A stretch of DNA of 64,000 nt from Bdellovibrionales bacterium (GCA_019695175.1 JAIBAM010000012.1:24-64023); one strand, 5' to 3'. Counted from the stretch's first letter, positions 20,157-30,146 are shown. The notes: a model not told the origin generated them from the letters alone. Numbers and translations are program-made.

Positions 20157-20432
20157 TCACCTTTTATTGGCCATTCAAAACCAAGGGTTATATACACTTA
20201 AAAGTTTTGGATTTGCATAAATTATACCTGTCAGTATATGCCATAGGTTTGAATATTTTTATGAAATTGCCGTGGGTGTACTCTCAGTGTAAATTTTATG
20301 AAAAATAAAATGCACAAAGAAGTCCGCATTAGAAATATTTAAGTTGGCTTGGTTGATACAAGTCGACTTAAGTGGTTCTGGTGGGGTCGATGTCGTGTTC
20401 ACCAACTTAAACCTCAAACATTTCTGGTACAG

Positions 20433-21722
20433 ATGAACAGCATGAATGAAAAAATAAAGCCCCAGCTCCATAGAACTTGGATTGATCCCCATGCCGTAGG
20501 TATTGTAAGAGCCCTTCAAAAAGCAGGTCATACCACTTACTTGGTCGGTGGCTGTGTGAGGGATTTGTTATTAGGTACAGAACCGAAAGATTTTGATATT
20601 GCTTCAACTGCAAGGCCCGAGCAAATCCGTAACCTCATTCATCGTTCTTTTGTAATTGGTAAAAGATTTCGTTTGGTTTTGGTTAAGAGAGACCTTCAGC
20701 AATTTGAGGTGGCCACTTTTCGTAGAGAGCAAAATTCTTCCGATGAAAAGGACACCTCAGTTGTGGGGGACAATCTGTTTGGCTCACCAAAGGAAGATGC
20801 TCATCGTAGGGATTTTACGATCAATAGCTTATTTTTCGATCCCATATCCGATAGGCTCATCGACTATTGTCAGGGAGGAATGGATTTACAGCAAAGAATT
20901 GTGCGCATGATCGGAGATCCAAATTTACGTTTGCTTGAAGACCCCATTCGGATTCTTCGTGCTCTTCGTTTGGCCCATATGACAGGCTTTCAATTGGAAA
21001 GCTCCTTGCGTTTGGCTATGGAGAAGCACAGTTACTCTTTACCCTCAACGGCATTACCAAGACGTCGTGAAGAGTTTTTAAAACTCATGCGGCTTAAAGA
21101 TCCGGCCTTGGCTTTTCAAGAAGCCTATGATTTGGATGTGCTTAAGTATATTTCTCCCCAACTGCACAACGTTATGAAGCAAACAGAAACCTCAGATCTA
21201 TTTTTGCATCATTTGCGTCATATCCATGATTTTGCTGTTAACAAACAAAATCCAGTGGAACTCTTTGGTCTACTCGTTCTAGCCTATGTCAGAGCCATGG
21301 TTCAACCAGATGCGGAAACTCCACTTAAGACCAGTGATTGGCAAGATCGTTTGGATCTTAACATTTTTATGCGTGAAGAATTGGGGATGTTTAAATTTGA
21401 GCAAATGAGGGTGATCAAAGCGATTCAAATGCAAGGTATATTGAAAAAAGTCTCGGACTTTTCAAGACGTGGGTCCAAAAGACAACTGGCCGTCATTCGA
21501 AATGAATCCTTTCCACTCGCCATGACTATTGCCCAACGGGACTATATTCTTAATTCTGCAGAGGTTTTATTTTGGCAACAGGTCTATATTCAGATGCACC
21601 CCCAAATAGAGGCCATGGACAATCGTTCTTTGCATCGCAGAAGACGTCGTCGAAAAAAAGTGGTGGAAAATCAACTTCAAGAAGCTGGACTGGTGCCGGC
21701 CAAAAGTGATACCGATTTATAA
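20433..21722 (+). CDS. Poly(A) polymerase / tRNA nucleotidyltransferase family protein (PcnB-like)
   Basis: 'GGCVRDLLLGTEPKDFDIAS' and 'RRDFTINSLF' motifs, with an Arg-rich C-terminus. ATG at 20433 or 20442 is preferred over the track start at 20349. Confidence 0.8.
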   Translation: MNSMNEKIKPQLHRTWIDPHAVGIVRALQKAGHTTYLVGGCVRDLLLGTEPKDFDIASTARPEQIRNLIHRSFVIGKRFRLVLVKRDLQQFEVATFRREQNSSDEKDTSVVGDNLFGSPKEDAHRRDFTINSLFFDPISDRLIDYCQGGMDLQQRIVRMIGDPNLRLLEDPIRILRALRLAHMTGFQLESSLRLAMEKHSYSLPSTALPRRREEFLKLMRLKDPALAFQEAYDLDVLKYISPQLHNVMKQTETSDLFLHHLRHIHDFAVNKQNPVELFGLLVLAYVRAMVQPDAETPLKTSDWQDRLDLNIFMREELGMFKFEQMRVIKAIQMQGILKKVSDFSRRGSKRQLAVIRNESFPLAMTIAQRDYILNSAEVLFWQQVYIQMHPQIEAMDNRSLHRRRRRRKKVVENQLQEAGLVPAKSDTDL

Positions 21723-21749
21723 ATGAGGTTTTAAAAAAGGAGTTTTAAC

Positions 21750-22046
21750 ATGGGCGGCATGTCTATTTGGCACTTACTCATTTTGTTAACAATAGTTCTG
21801 CTTTTCTTTGGACCTTCTCGATTGGGAGATCTTGGTAAATCGTTGGGTCAAGCCGTAAGAGGATTCAAAAAGGGTCTTAATGAGGATCCTGAAATTGATG
21901 TCACTCAAACTTCAGCTTTAGCTCAAAGAGAAAATATGAAACGCGAAGCTTTAAAGCAAAACGTGGGAGAAAATCAAATGGGTGCATCCTCCTCTGGAGA
22001 AGATCAAATAAACCACGAGAAAGTTGAAAATAAACAAAAAACATAG
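21750..22046 (+). CDS. tatA: Twin-arginine translocase subunit TatA/E
   Basis: '[37 protein letters not shown]' is the canonical TatA TM plus amphipathic helix. Confidence 0.88.
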   Translation: MGGMSIWHLLILLTIVLLFFGPSRLGDLGKSLGQAVRGFKKGLNEDPEIDVTQTSALAQRENMKREALKQNVGENQMGASSSGEDQINHEKVENKQKT

Positions 22047-22504
22047 ATGTTTTGTCGCAAAAAACGTTCTTTAAAGAATGACCCAAAAAAACAGCTAAAT
22101 TTTCAATCCAACGAACAGGGACTTGATAGCAAGATTTTCTAAAAAATCAAAAATCAGTTCAACAAACAGTTGTGGGCTTATTCGATTGAATTGAAGCTAC
22201 GATTGCCAACACGACATAAGAACTTTTGGAAACCCCGCAGACATCGAACATGCGTTTGGCATTCGTTTGCCTCCGCAAACTCGCGCCAAGACGAACTTGT
22301 CCACGGTGGTAGGTATATTGATTGATTTTACAAAACACTTTTTGGAAATTGAATCCGATCTGATGCAGATGCCGGTGAAAAGTGTTTTGAGCAAGAAGCG
22401 AAGTCGCATCAGTTTTGAATTTTTCAAAGAGCAAACTGACGCTGTAATCGAGCACTATGAGCCGTAGCTGCTGATGCCTCTCCTACAAATTCACTCAAAA
22501 AAAT

Positions 22505-24688
22505 TTATTTATATTTTAAACCCTTGAGAGCTGCATTTCCGATGCTTTGAGCATCCAGCCCATGTTTTTCATACAAATCTTTAGCTTGATAGGCGCTTTG
22601 ACCAAACACTCCTTGGACACCTAAACCAAAATACTGGTTTATTTTAACTCCGGCGCGTAAGAGCGCATGAGTGATTAAAGAACCCATTCCCCCGGTTAGT
22701 TGATGATCCTCTACAGTGAGCAAATTTCCCCCCGTCTTTTTAAGTGCAGCAGAGAGGGTTTCTAAATCCGGATTATTGATCTGGGAAGGGTGAATCACAA
22801 GGCAGCCCAAAGATTTACTCTGGAGCCATTGGGCTGCAAGTAAAGTTTCTTCCACAAGAGAGCCTGAGGCAATGAGGGTGATGGAGGTCTCCGTGGACTT
22901 AATATTGTCCCATAAAACCTGGGCTTTGCCCAATTGATAAAGGCTTTTATCAGAATAGTAACTATCATCACTTTTTATGAAGTGCGGGTGAAACTTTCTC
23001 GGAAAGTTTTCTCTTCCTAAAAAGAAAATTTTGGAGCGCGGGACCCGACCAGATTTTCTTTCCTGTGCAAAATAATTAACTGCTTGTTCCACTAAGGACT
23101 CAGCTTCACTGCTGCAACTCAAAGAATAAATATCCAAATGCGGAATCGAGCTAAGTGCAGAAAAATAACTTAAAGCTTGGTGGGAAGCCCCATCCGCAGC
23201 ATCTTGAAATCCAGAATGCGAAAAAACTCCAATTACCGGCCCTTCGGACAAAGAGGCCATAATTAAAGGAAGATTTCCTTTTGTAATTCCAAACTGGGCA
23301 AAAGTATCTACCACAGGGATAAATCCACTTTTAGAAAGTCCAATGGACACGCTCACCATATTAGACTCTGCAACTCCCACATCAAGGCAAGAGTCAGGAA
23401 ATTTTTTATGAAAATCAGCCAGCCCGGTAGAGCCTTGTAAATCCGCACTGATGGACACGATTGGTAAACCTTCCTGACGCGCTTTGATCAGTGCTTTGCT
23501 CACCCCAGTCTGAATTTTTTCCCTTTCATGGTGCAAGTAGGATAGGGGATTTTTTAATTCTTCCTTTGAGGGATGTGTGGTTTTTTTTGCAAGAGCGTAA
23601 TTCGTTTTTAATTCTTCGCTCCAGTTTAAAAATTCCACGGGAACAGGGGCGTCGCCATAGATTTCATTTAAAAAACCCCCGAGTTCTTGAGGATCTTTAA
23701 GGGGGAATCCATGGCCACCAGACGCCGATAACTCTGTTTTTTTATTACCAAAACCCTTAATAGTTTTGGCCCAAATGGCAACAGGTTGTTGAGGGTTTTG
23801 CAAAGACAAGGTAAAAGCTTGTTCCATCGTGGCAAGAACTTTATTTAAATTATGAGCGTCATTAAGCTCTAAAACGTTCCAACCCAGCTCTTTTAAAGCA
23901 GCAAAGGTGGGGGTCATCGAGTAGCTGTCTTGATCAATTCGTCCACTAAGTTTGGTATTATTATCGCTAATGATGAGAAGAAAAGGAGCTGTTTTTCCTT
24001 TTTTGGCTAAACCCGGTATAGCTGCTAAAGCTTCTCTGGCTTCGCCTTCCATACAACCCCCATCTGAAATAGCACAAATGGTGAGTCGATCGAACCGTCC
24101 TAGAAATCCATCGGCTATGGCTAGCCCCTGTGCTTGTGGTAACCCAGAGCCAAGAGGTCCATTGGAAATAAAAACACCTTTTTTGAAAAGATGAGCTTCG
24201 CCATGTCCTGTTAAAGGACTTTTTATAGAGCGAAATTGTTTAAGGTCAGACACCGTGACATCGGCGTACCCATAGATTGCTTTGAGAGCATAAAGACCAT
24301 TTTCACAGTGACCGGCATCGTTAACAAAATGAAACATTTCAAACCATTTTTGTTTAAGTTTTTGGGCCTTATCAAAGATGAGTCCATGAGCCACAGACAT
24401 TAATTCTGCAAAAGCAGAAGGGCCACCCCAATGGCTTGCAGCTCCTGCCAGTTGGGCCTGCATATCCATTAAAGCAACAAGAGCTCGAGTGGCTTTTGGA
24501 TCTACGACCTTAAGATCACCCTCTGTGGGGCGTTTGAGAATTTGAAAGTACTTGGGGGATGGAATGGCATTTTCCGCTAATTCGGATTTTAAAGGGAATG
24601 CAATTTCAGAAATTTTTTTATTTTCAACTTTGACACCAGAATTATTACTTTCCACTTTGACACCAGAATTATTGGATAAGTTCGACAT
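22505..24688 (-). CDS. tkt: Transketolase with an unusual N-terminal extension
   Basis: TPP-binding 'SDGGCMEGEAREALA' and pyrimidine-domain 'VGVAESNMVSVSIGL'. The conserved core starts near 'KATRALVALMDMQAQ'. The start is uncertain: ATG at 24688 (MSNLSNNSG...) or TTG at 24805 as in the track. Confidence 0.85.
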   Translation of the reverse strand: MSNLSNNSGVKVESNNSGVKVENKKISEIAFPLKSELAENAIPSPKYFQILKRPTEGDLKVVDPKATRALVALMDMQAQLAGAASHWGGPSAFAELMSVAHGLIFDKAQKLKQKWFEMFHFVNDAGHCENGLYALKAIYGYADVTVSDLKQFRSIKSPLTGHGEAHLFKKGVFISNGPLGSGLPQAQGLAIADGFLGRFDRLTICAISDGGCMEGEAREALAAIPGLAKKGKTAPFLLIISDNNTKLSGRIDQDSYSMTPTFAALKELGWNVLELNDAHNLNKVLATMEQAFTLSLQNPQQPVAIWAKTIKGFGNKKTELSASGGHGFPLKDPQELGGFLNEIYGDAPVPVEFLNWSEELKTNYALAKKTTHPSKEELKNPLSYLHHEREKIQTGVSKALIKARQEGLPIVSISADLQGSTGLADFHKKFPDSCLDVGVAESNMVSVSIGLSKSGFIPVVDTFAQFGITKGNLPLIMASLSEGPVIGVFSHSGFQDAADGASHQALSYFSALSSIPHLDIYSLSCSSEAESLVEQAVNYFAQERKSGRVPRSKIFFLGRENFPRKFHPHFIKSDDSYYSDKSLYQLGKAQVLWDNIKSTETSITLIASGSLVEETLLAAQWLQSKSLGCLVIHPSQINNPDLETLSAALKKTGGNLLTVEDHQLTGGMGSLITHALLRAGVKINQYFGLGVQGVFGQSAYQAKDLYEKHGLDAQSIGNAALKGLKYK
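24624..24677. repeat. 27-bp tandem duplication inside the transketolase N-terminal extension
   Basis: A 20-nt core 'actttgacaccagaattatt' occurs at 24627..24646 and 24654..24673 (period 27). It encodes SNNSGVKVE twice on the minus strand. Confidence 0.9.
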
Positions 24689-24882
24689 ACACACCTTTAA
24701 AGTTCTAAGAACCTGTCGCAATGACTCTGCGACAGCAGGCTCTTGTTTTTTTACAAACGCTTGCAAACGAATGGATGGAATAATCGGAAAAAGGACACTC
24801 CTCAATGATTTTTTGAAGAATCATGGGCTTTTACAGTAAGTTTTGTTGAGAGGCAGCGATGGAGTTTTGGCCTTAAAGCGTG

Positions 24883-24973
24883 TTTAAGAAGTGTTGAATC
24901 CATAGTGGAGTTCTCCCCCCCCCATTTAAAGCGATCACTTTTATCCCAGATTCATGACTCAACACTTCTTAAA
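24883..24973. repeat. 15-bp perfect inverted repeat flanking a C9 homopolymer
   Basis: tttaagaagtgttga (24883..24897) and tcaacacttcttaaa (24959..24973). The C9 run is at 24915..24923. The element lies between the OMP gene end and the transketolase start. Confidence 0.85.
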
Positions 24974-24987
24974 ACAGAGTCTTGAAG

Positions 24988-25632
24988 TTAAAGAGCTGAT
25001 TTTCCGCTGCCACTGCCTCCGCCGGGGAATCTAAAACTAAATCCAAAACCGATATAAAGTGAGGTCCCTGGGGAAACAGAAAATTTCATGTCAGCACGAA
25101 ACCAAGTGATTCCCCCAATGAGAGTTTGAATACCACCGCCAGCATGCCCTCCAAAAGTTAATTTTGGTGAAGTCATGCCTGAGGAATTGGACGTATCAGC
25201 CGCTTGATAGTAAGTAAGATCTGGACCAATGTAAGCAAAAGCCACCATACTTTCTATGGGGACATCCATACGCAAACTAAAATCTAAATTTTTCCATTTT
25301 ACATTGTTTCCATTGCCCGCCATAAAACCCATTTCTGCAAAAGAATTTTGTCCGGTTCTAAAACCGGAACGAATGCCTCCAAGACCCGTAATTTCGGTGA
25401 CTCCTTCAATTTGATTGGGGAGCAAATTTCCCAAATGACCATTTAGCTCCCAAGACACATTTTGACCGAGCTCATCTTTTTTAATGTTGCTCTCTTCTTG
25501 GGCATAAGAAATCGAGTGCCACAACAGTAAAACTATAATAAAAGCGAACAAATTCCTGACACATGAATCACTTGTTGAGTTATTTCTGGTGGGAATAAGG
25601 TTTAAAAAATTACAACTCTTCTGTTTTTGCAT
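24988..25632 (-). CDS. Outer-membrane beta-barrel protein (hypothetical)
   Basis: Signal-like 'FAFIIVLLLWHSISYAQ' and a Gly/aromatic-rich alternating pattern ending in 'GFGFSFRFPGGGSGSGKSAL'. Confidence 0.6.
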   Translation of the reverse strand: MQKQKSCNFLNLIPTRNNSTSDSCVRNLFAFIIVLLLWHSISYAQEESNIKKDELGQNVSWELNGHLGNLLPNQIEGVTEITGLGGIRSGFRTGQNSFAEMGFMAGNGNNVKWKNLDFSLRMDVPIESMVAFAYIGPDLTYYQAADTSNSSGMTSPKLTFGGHAGGGIQTLIGGITWFRADMKFSVSPGTSLYIGFGFSFRFPGGGSGSGKSAL

Positions 25633-25702
25633 ATTTACAAATTGTACTGAAGCTTCTAAAGGTCGACAATGCTTCTTGACCCTTTTAGCGAGAAAATTAA
25701 TT

Positions 25703-26563
25703 ATGAAAGAGATGACAAATCGGTATGAAGGTTTTTTTTCAAGTCCAACTCAAACAGAGTTGTTTTTTCAATTATGGTCCGTTGAAAATCCACGGGGAAC
25801 TCTTTTACTGACCCACGGTCTAGGAGAACACACTGACTGTTATCAGGCAGTCGCTAAAACCTTGAATCAGGAGGGTTGGGAAGTTTATGGTTGGGATCTC
25901 AGGGGGCACGGCAGATCCGAAGGAAAGCGGGGTTTTGTAAAAAATTTTAACGACTATGTTGCGGATCTTAAAGCCTTTTTTGAATATGTTTTACAAAAGC
26001 GTACCACCCCAGAGAAACCTCTGGTCATGTTTGGTCACTCCATGGGGGGATTGATCACCACTTTATTCGCTTTAAATGAGGAAGGCCCAAAACCTGACGG
26101 TTTAGTTTTGAGTGCCCCAGCCTTTGGTATTGCGGCTCCGGTATCAATTGTAAAAGATCAGATGGCGCGAATTGCGGAAAGATGGTTTCCAACTCTGACT
26201 CTTCAGACAGGTCTTCAGTACAAGGAGTTATCTCGTGATGAGTCCATGATTAAGGATTACAGTAAGGATCCTTTTCGTCATGACAAAGTTTCGCCCGGGG
26301 TTTATTTGGGACTTCTCTCAGGACGAGAAAAAGTGATGGAAAAAATATCCCACCTACAAATTCCTTGCCTCATGCAATTGGCGGGTCAAGATCGTATTGT
26401 CAGCACCCCTGACGCGGAAAAAGCTTTTGCATTGATTTCAAGTTCAAAAAGTATTTTAAAAATTTATCCAGAGAGTTACCACGAAATTTATAATGATTTG
26501 GATCGGGAAGATGCCTTTGTGGATTTTAAAAAATTTCTTAAGGGTTTTTTGAGGCGGAAATGA
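25703..26563 (+). CDS. Lysophospholipase/monoacylglycerol-lipase-like alpha/beta hydrolase
   Basis: 'LLLTHGLGEHTDCY', the 'GHSMGG' elbow and 'YHEIYND' are typical of the family. ATG at 25703 is preferred, because the track start at 25589 overlaps the divergent gene. Confidence 0.78.
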   Translation: MKEMTNRYEGFFSSPTQTELFFQLWSVENPRGTLLLTHGLGEHTDCYQAVAKTLNQEGWEVYGWDLRGHGRSEGKRGFVKNFNDYVADLKAFFEYVLQKRTTPEKPLVMFGHSMGGLITTLFALNEEGPKPDGLVLSAPAFGIAAPVSIVKDQMARIAERWFPTLTLQTGLQYKELSRDESMIKDYSKDPFRHDKVSPGVYLGLLSGREKVMEKISHLQIPCLMQLAGQDRIVSTPDAEKAFALISSSKSILKIYPESYHEIYNDLDREDAFVDFKKFLKGFLRRK

Positions 26564-27195
26564 AGAAAAAAAACAATTTTTATGTATGTCACTCAATTCA
26601 GTCAACTATGACTCTTGTCTTCGGGTTTCTATTTTCTCTTTTGAACTTTTTTCTTTTGGGTTGCACTCAATCTCCTTTAATCTCAAGTTCCAATACAGCG
26701 CATGAAGTTGCTTATGAAAAACAAATCGCATCAGCCACTAAAAAAATTGACAAATATGATGGCTTCTATCAACTGTTCCAGGCCGATATGACTCAAATTA
26801 GTTCTTCCATTCAGGTGGCTATTTTGCAACGAAAAGCTGACTTTTTGCAGTGGGACCAAGCCAAACTACAAAAAGAACGGGACCGTGCTTTTCAAGAAAT
26901 GGCAACCGAGGCTAAGTTTTTTCTGCGATTTTACACTCCAGAATCTGATTATGATGATTTTCACCGAGCCAATTCCATTTGGAAGATTTATTTAGAATTC
27001 AACCATCAAAGGGTGGAAGGAAAAGCCAAGAAAATGACACAAAAGTTCAGCGACATTCATCAGTTATTTCCCCATTTCAATCGGTTTAGCACTGGGTATG
27101 AAGTGGTATTTCCCATCTCCACCTCAGCCCTAGAAGTTGGCGAAAAGAAAGTTGTCATCACTAGCTCTTTAGGAAACGCAAGTTTTACTTTCTAG
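26560..27195 (+). CDS. Hypothetical lipoprotein
   Basis: Lipobox-like 'FFLLGCTQS'. Start overlaps the upstream stop (ATGA). No recognised domain. Confidence 0.55.
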   Translation: MKKKNNFYVCHSIQSTMTLVFGFLFSLLNFFLLGCTQSPLISSSNTAHEVAYEKQIASATKKIDKYDGFYQLFQADMTQISSSIQVAILQRKADFLQWDQAKLQKERDRAFQEMATEAKFFLRFYTPESDYDDFHRANSIWKIYLEFNHQRVEGKAKKMTQKFSDIHQLFPHFNRFSTGYEVVFPISTSALEVGEKKVVITSSLGNASFTF

Positions 27196-27224
27196 CATCA
27201 AATGGGGTGCAGGGGGAAAAGTGA

Positions 27225-28865
27225 TTGCCGCACTTTAACCGAAATATTTGCTTTTATACAAAAATATTAACTTTTGTAATAACATCGTATGCAATATTTT
27301 GTTTTTCCGACGAAATAAATCCGAAAATCTGCACCCTAAAACAGGTTCAATACTTAGCTGCGACTCAAACATGTCTTTTTGATTTTAATCCTACTCAATG
27401 TTTAAAAGGAATGGGGTCTGTCGGTGCAGCAGGTGCTTTGGGTTCTTTTATTAAAAATTTTGAAGTCGACCTTCGTTCGAGGGAGTCAAGACTTGAAAGG
27501 GAAAAAATAGAAAGAATTTATAGCACCGTTCAAAATTTTGAGTCTAGCTATAAGGATGCAAAGACTTTATCCAAGGTGTATAAAAATGATTTAAATCAAA
27601 TGACCAAATCTTATACAGACGGGAAAATCAAATCTTTTTCTCAAATAAAAGATCCAGAGCTAAGAAAAACCGTGCTCGCTGCTGTAAATAGTATGAAATT
27701 CTGGATGATTTCAAGATATCAGACGATGAGAATACTTATAAGTTATGCTGAAAGCGGTTTTGTAGAACTACACGGCAATATACAACATGAATTAAAAAAT
27801 ATGTTTCCCGAGGAAATGAAATTGATTGAGGGTAAGTTGTCTCCCCTAAGAGACAAATCAATCCCTTCGGCTCAGTTAGAAAGAAAAATTATAAGTATAG
27901 ATTTACAAATTAGAGACATGTCGCCATTGCAACAAGCGCTTTTTCGAGCCAGTATTCTTGATATATCCCCAGACATTTATTCAAAATTATTTCATGAACC
28001 CACTGCGGCTTTATTAAACAAACCACAACTTCCAATAAGAAGTTCCAGTGAGACACGAGAAAAAAGTAAATTTGTGGGTGGAATAAAAGTCGCTCAGACG
28101 GTGGGTTCTTTGTTGACACCTATGGTTTTTGAATTGGGGGAAAATTTGATAAACAAGAATCAACTTTTAAATTGTCAAAAAAATTTCAACCTCTCAGAAA
28201 GGGATGTTTCGTTTTTAAATGGAAAATCTTATCTATTTAATAAGTCAAAAGTAATGGCTAATGGAATTTTCTCAGCTTGTGAAGATCTGAAACTTGTAGA
28301 TCCCGAAAAAACTGCTCAGGATTATATTAATATTTACCAAGTACTTAGTCCTGGAGTTTGCAACCTCATTACTAATGAACAGAAAAGATTAGATCGACTT
28401 TTAGATAATAATATCATCCCTACAAAGAAAGGTTGTGATAAATATCAAGATGAAACCATCACATTCGATCCAAAATTACTGACTATTGAGTATTCAACTT
28501 TAAATGGAAAAAAAGTGGACGCCAAATGGAACAGCTTATTAAACTGGATTGATTACACCTCAGCGAATGTAAAAAACATGAATGGATCCAAAGACTATGA
28601 AATGACAGAACGGATGCATATGAATCATGATGTGAGTGGCAAGCTCATGTCAGGTCAAACGAATGCTCTAAGAGATCAAGCTCGATTAGATATGGAGTCC
28701 TCTTGTCATGAAGACTCTAGTTTCGACACAATGGATTGTAGATTTCTTAAATCTTTAGTGAGAGTGCGAGTCTACTTTGAATATTATTTATTGAATTGCA
28801 AAACAGCAGAACTTTTTCCAATTTCGACTGAAACTCCGTCTTCTACATCCAGAACAAGTCATTAA
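27225..28865 (+). CDS. Large Cys-containing secreted hypothetical protein
   Basis: 546-aa ORF with a TTG start and a hydrophobic N-terminus. No recognised domain. Confidence 0.5.
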   Translation: MPHFNRNICFYTKILTFVITSYAIFCFSDEINPKICTLKQVQYLAATQTCLFDFNPTQCLKGMGSVGAAGALGSFIKNFEVDLRSRESRLEREKIERIYSTVQNFESSYKDAKTLSKVYKNDLNQMTKSYTDGKIKSFSQIKDPELRKTVLAAVNSMKFWMISRYQTMRILISYAESGFVELHGNIQHELKNMFPEEMKLIEGKLSPLRDKSIPSAQLERKIISIDLQIRDMSPLQQALFRASILDISPDIYSKLFHEPTAALLNKPQLPIRSSSETREKSKFVGGIKVAQTVGSLLTPMVFELGENLINKNQLLNCQKNFNLSERDVSFLNGKSYLFNKSKVMANGIFSACEDLKLVDPEKTAQDYINIYQVLSPGVCNLITNEQKRLDRLLDNNIIPTKKGCDKYQDETITFDPKLLTIEYSTLNGKKVDAKWNSLLNWIDYTSANVKNMNGSKDYEMTERMHMNHDVSGKLMSGQTNALRDQARLDMESSCHEDSSFDTMDCRFLKSLVRVRVYFEYYLLNCKTAELFPISTETPSSTSRTSH

Positions 28866-29012
28866 AGTCATCTTAATGTATGGAAGAAAAGATTTTTTTT
28901 AAAATAGCAAAATTTTTTTCTAGGGATTGCTTTGGGAAATCCAGGTCAGTTAACATTGAATGACGATCCTTTATTATTTTTTTAATTGGATTTGGATTAA
29001 GAAAGGCATTCC

Positions 29013-30146
29013 ATGAAAATCTCTCTTTCACCCAATAAAGAAACTGCTGGGTTATTACTAGCCCTCTTTTTTTTGATGGGTTTTGGACTGGTTCAAGTTT
29101 ACAGTTCTAGTTATCTTTACGCTCTAGAATCCTATGGGGGAGATGGGTTATTTTTTTTTAAGAAACAAATTTTATTTACTATAATATCGGCCATATTGAT
29201 GGTTGTGATCTGTTATCTGCCCTGGGGTTTATCAAGAAAATTAGGAATTTTATTTTGGATTTTATCTTGCATAGGTCTTGTAGCAACTTTTATACCGGGA
29301 GTGGGATTGAGAGTGGGAGGTGCCCATCGTTGGCTCCAGCTCCCTTGGGGATTTCGTTTTGAGCCCGGAGAATTGTTGCGGATAAGTTCTCCCTTCATAG
29401 TAACTTATTGTCTGACCAGCACTTCTCGAAAGTGGGGTCTTTGGGAAAATCCTTTGCGTATATTTTTGGTGATCACTCCCATTTTAATGGTTTTGGAACA
29501 GCCTGATTTTGGAAACTTTGTGATTTGTATTTTAGTTGCGATGTTCCTTATTTTTATAAATGGAATTCCATGGCGTTATTTGCTGGCAGGATCTATAGCC
29601 CTCCTTGGTGGATTTATCTATCTTATCATTCGTGAGCCCTATCGGTTGGCTAGAATTAAATCATTTTTGAATCCGTGGGCTGATCCCGAGGTTAAAGGGT
29701 TTCAAATTATTCAAAGTCTGTTGAGTTTTCATACGGGCGGACTTACTGGCGTTGGATTAGGTCAGGGACAAGGCAAACTCTTTTTTTTACCGGAAGCTCA
29801 TACGGATTTTACTATGGCTGTTTTAGGAGAGGAAATAGGTTTTTTAGGTTTTGTTTTCGTGCTTTTAATTTATGGATTTGTTATTTTTAAGGGATTTCAA
29901 ATTTCTATGCGTTCTCAGACCGAAAGGGACCGATTGATCTCAGCTGGACTAACAATTACATTGGCGTTATCAATTTTCATAAATATAGGAGTGACTTTAG
30001 GTTTACTGCCAACCAAAGGTTTAGCTCTTCCTTTTTTAAGTTATGGTGGGAGCTCCTTATTCTGCAGTGCAGTTGCCTCGGGCTGGTTACTCAGTTTGCA
30101 AAGGCATTTGATTTCTCGTTCCACTGCGCAGGTAAAGTATGAATAA
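29013..30146 (+). CDS. ftsW: SEDS-family cell-division protein FtsW
   Basis: Polytopic protein with 'LPEAHTDFTMAV' and 'GLALPFLSYGGSS' SEDS signatures, sitting directly upstream of murG. Confidence 0.88.
   Translation: MKISLSPNKETAGLLLALFFLMGFGLVQVYSSSYLYALESYGGDGLFFFKKQILFTIISAILMVVICYLPWGLSRKLGILFWILSCIGLVATFIPGVGLRVGGAHRWLQLPWGFRFEPGELLRISSPFIVTYCLTSTSRKWGLWENPLRIFLVITPILMVLEQPDFGNFVICILVAMFLIFINGIPWRYLLAGSIALLGGFIYLIIREPYRLARIKSFLNPWADPEVKGFQIIQSLLSFHTGGLTGVGLGQGQGKLFFLPEAHTDFTMAVLGEEIGFLGFVFVLLIYGFVIFKGFQISMRSQTERDRLISAGLTITLALSIFINIGVTLGLLPTKGLALPFLSYGGSSLFCSAVASGWLLSLQRHLISRSTAQVKYE

Noticed and set aside
22159-22467. 98-aa, 76-aa and 66-aa overlapping ORFs as real genes
   Set aside because: They are mutually overlapping on both strands, have no RBS and have odd composition. 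Only a faint HTH-like string is present, which is not enough to call a CDS.
22047-22504. tmRNA, RNase P RNA, SRP RNA or a c-di-GMP riboswitch in the long tatA-tkt gap
   Set aside because: Hallmark strings were looked for on both strands and not found: GGAAAGTCC and ACAGAACCCGGCTTA for RNase P, a GGTTCGA...CCACCA tRNA-like end for tmRNA, GGAAGCAGCC for SRP, and GGCAAACC...GACGCAAAGCC for GEMM-I. The region is kept only as an unexplained gap.
24883-24973. Invertible promoter switch (inverton) defined by the 15-bp inverted repeats
   Set aside because: Only 61 bp separate the repeats, which is too short for recombinase-mediated inversion of the kind seen in fimS-like switches. No invertase gene is nearby. 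An RNA hairpin or a homopolymer effect is more plausible.
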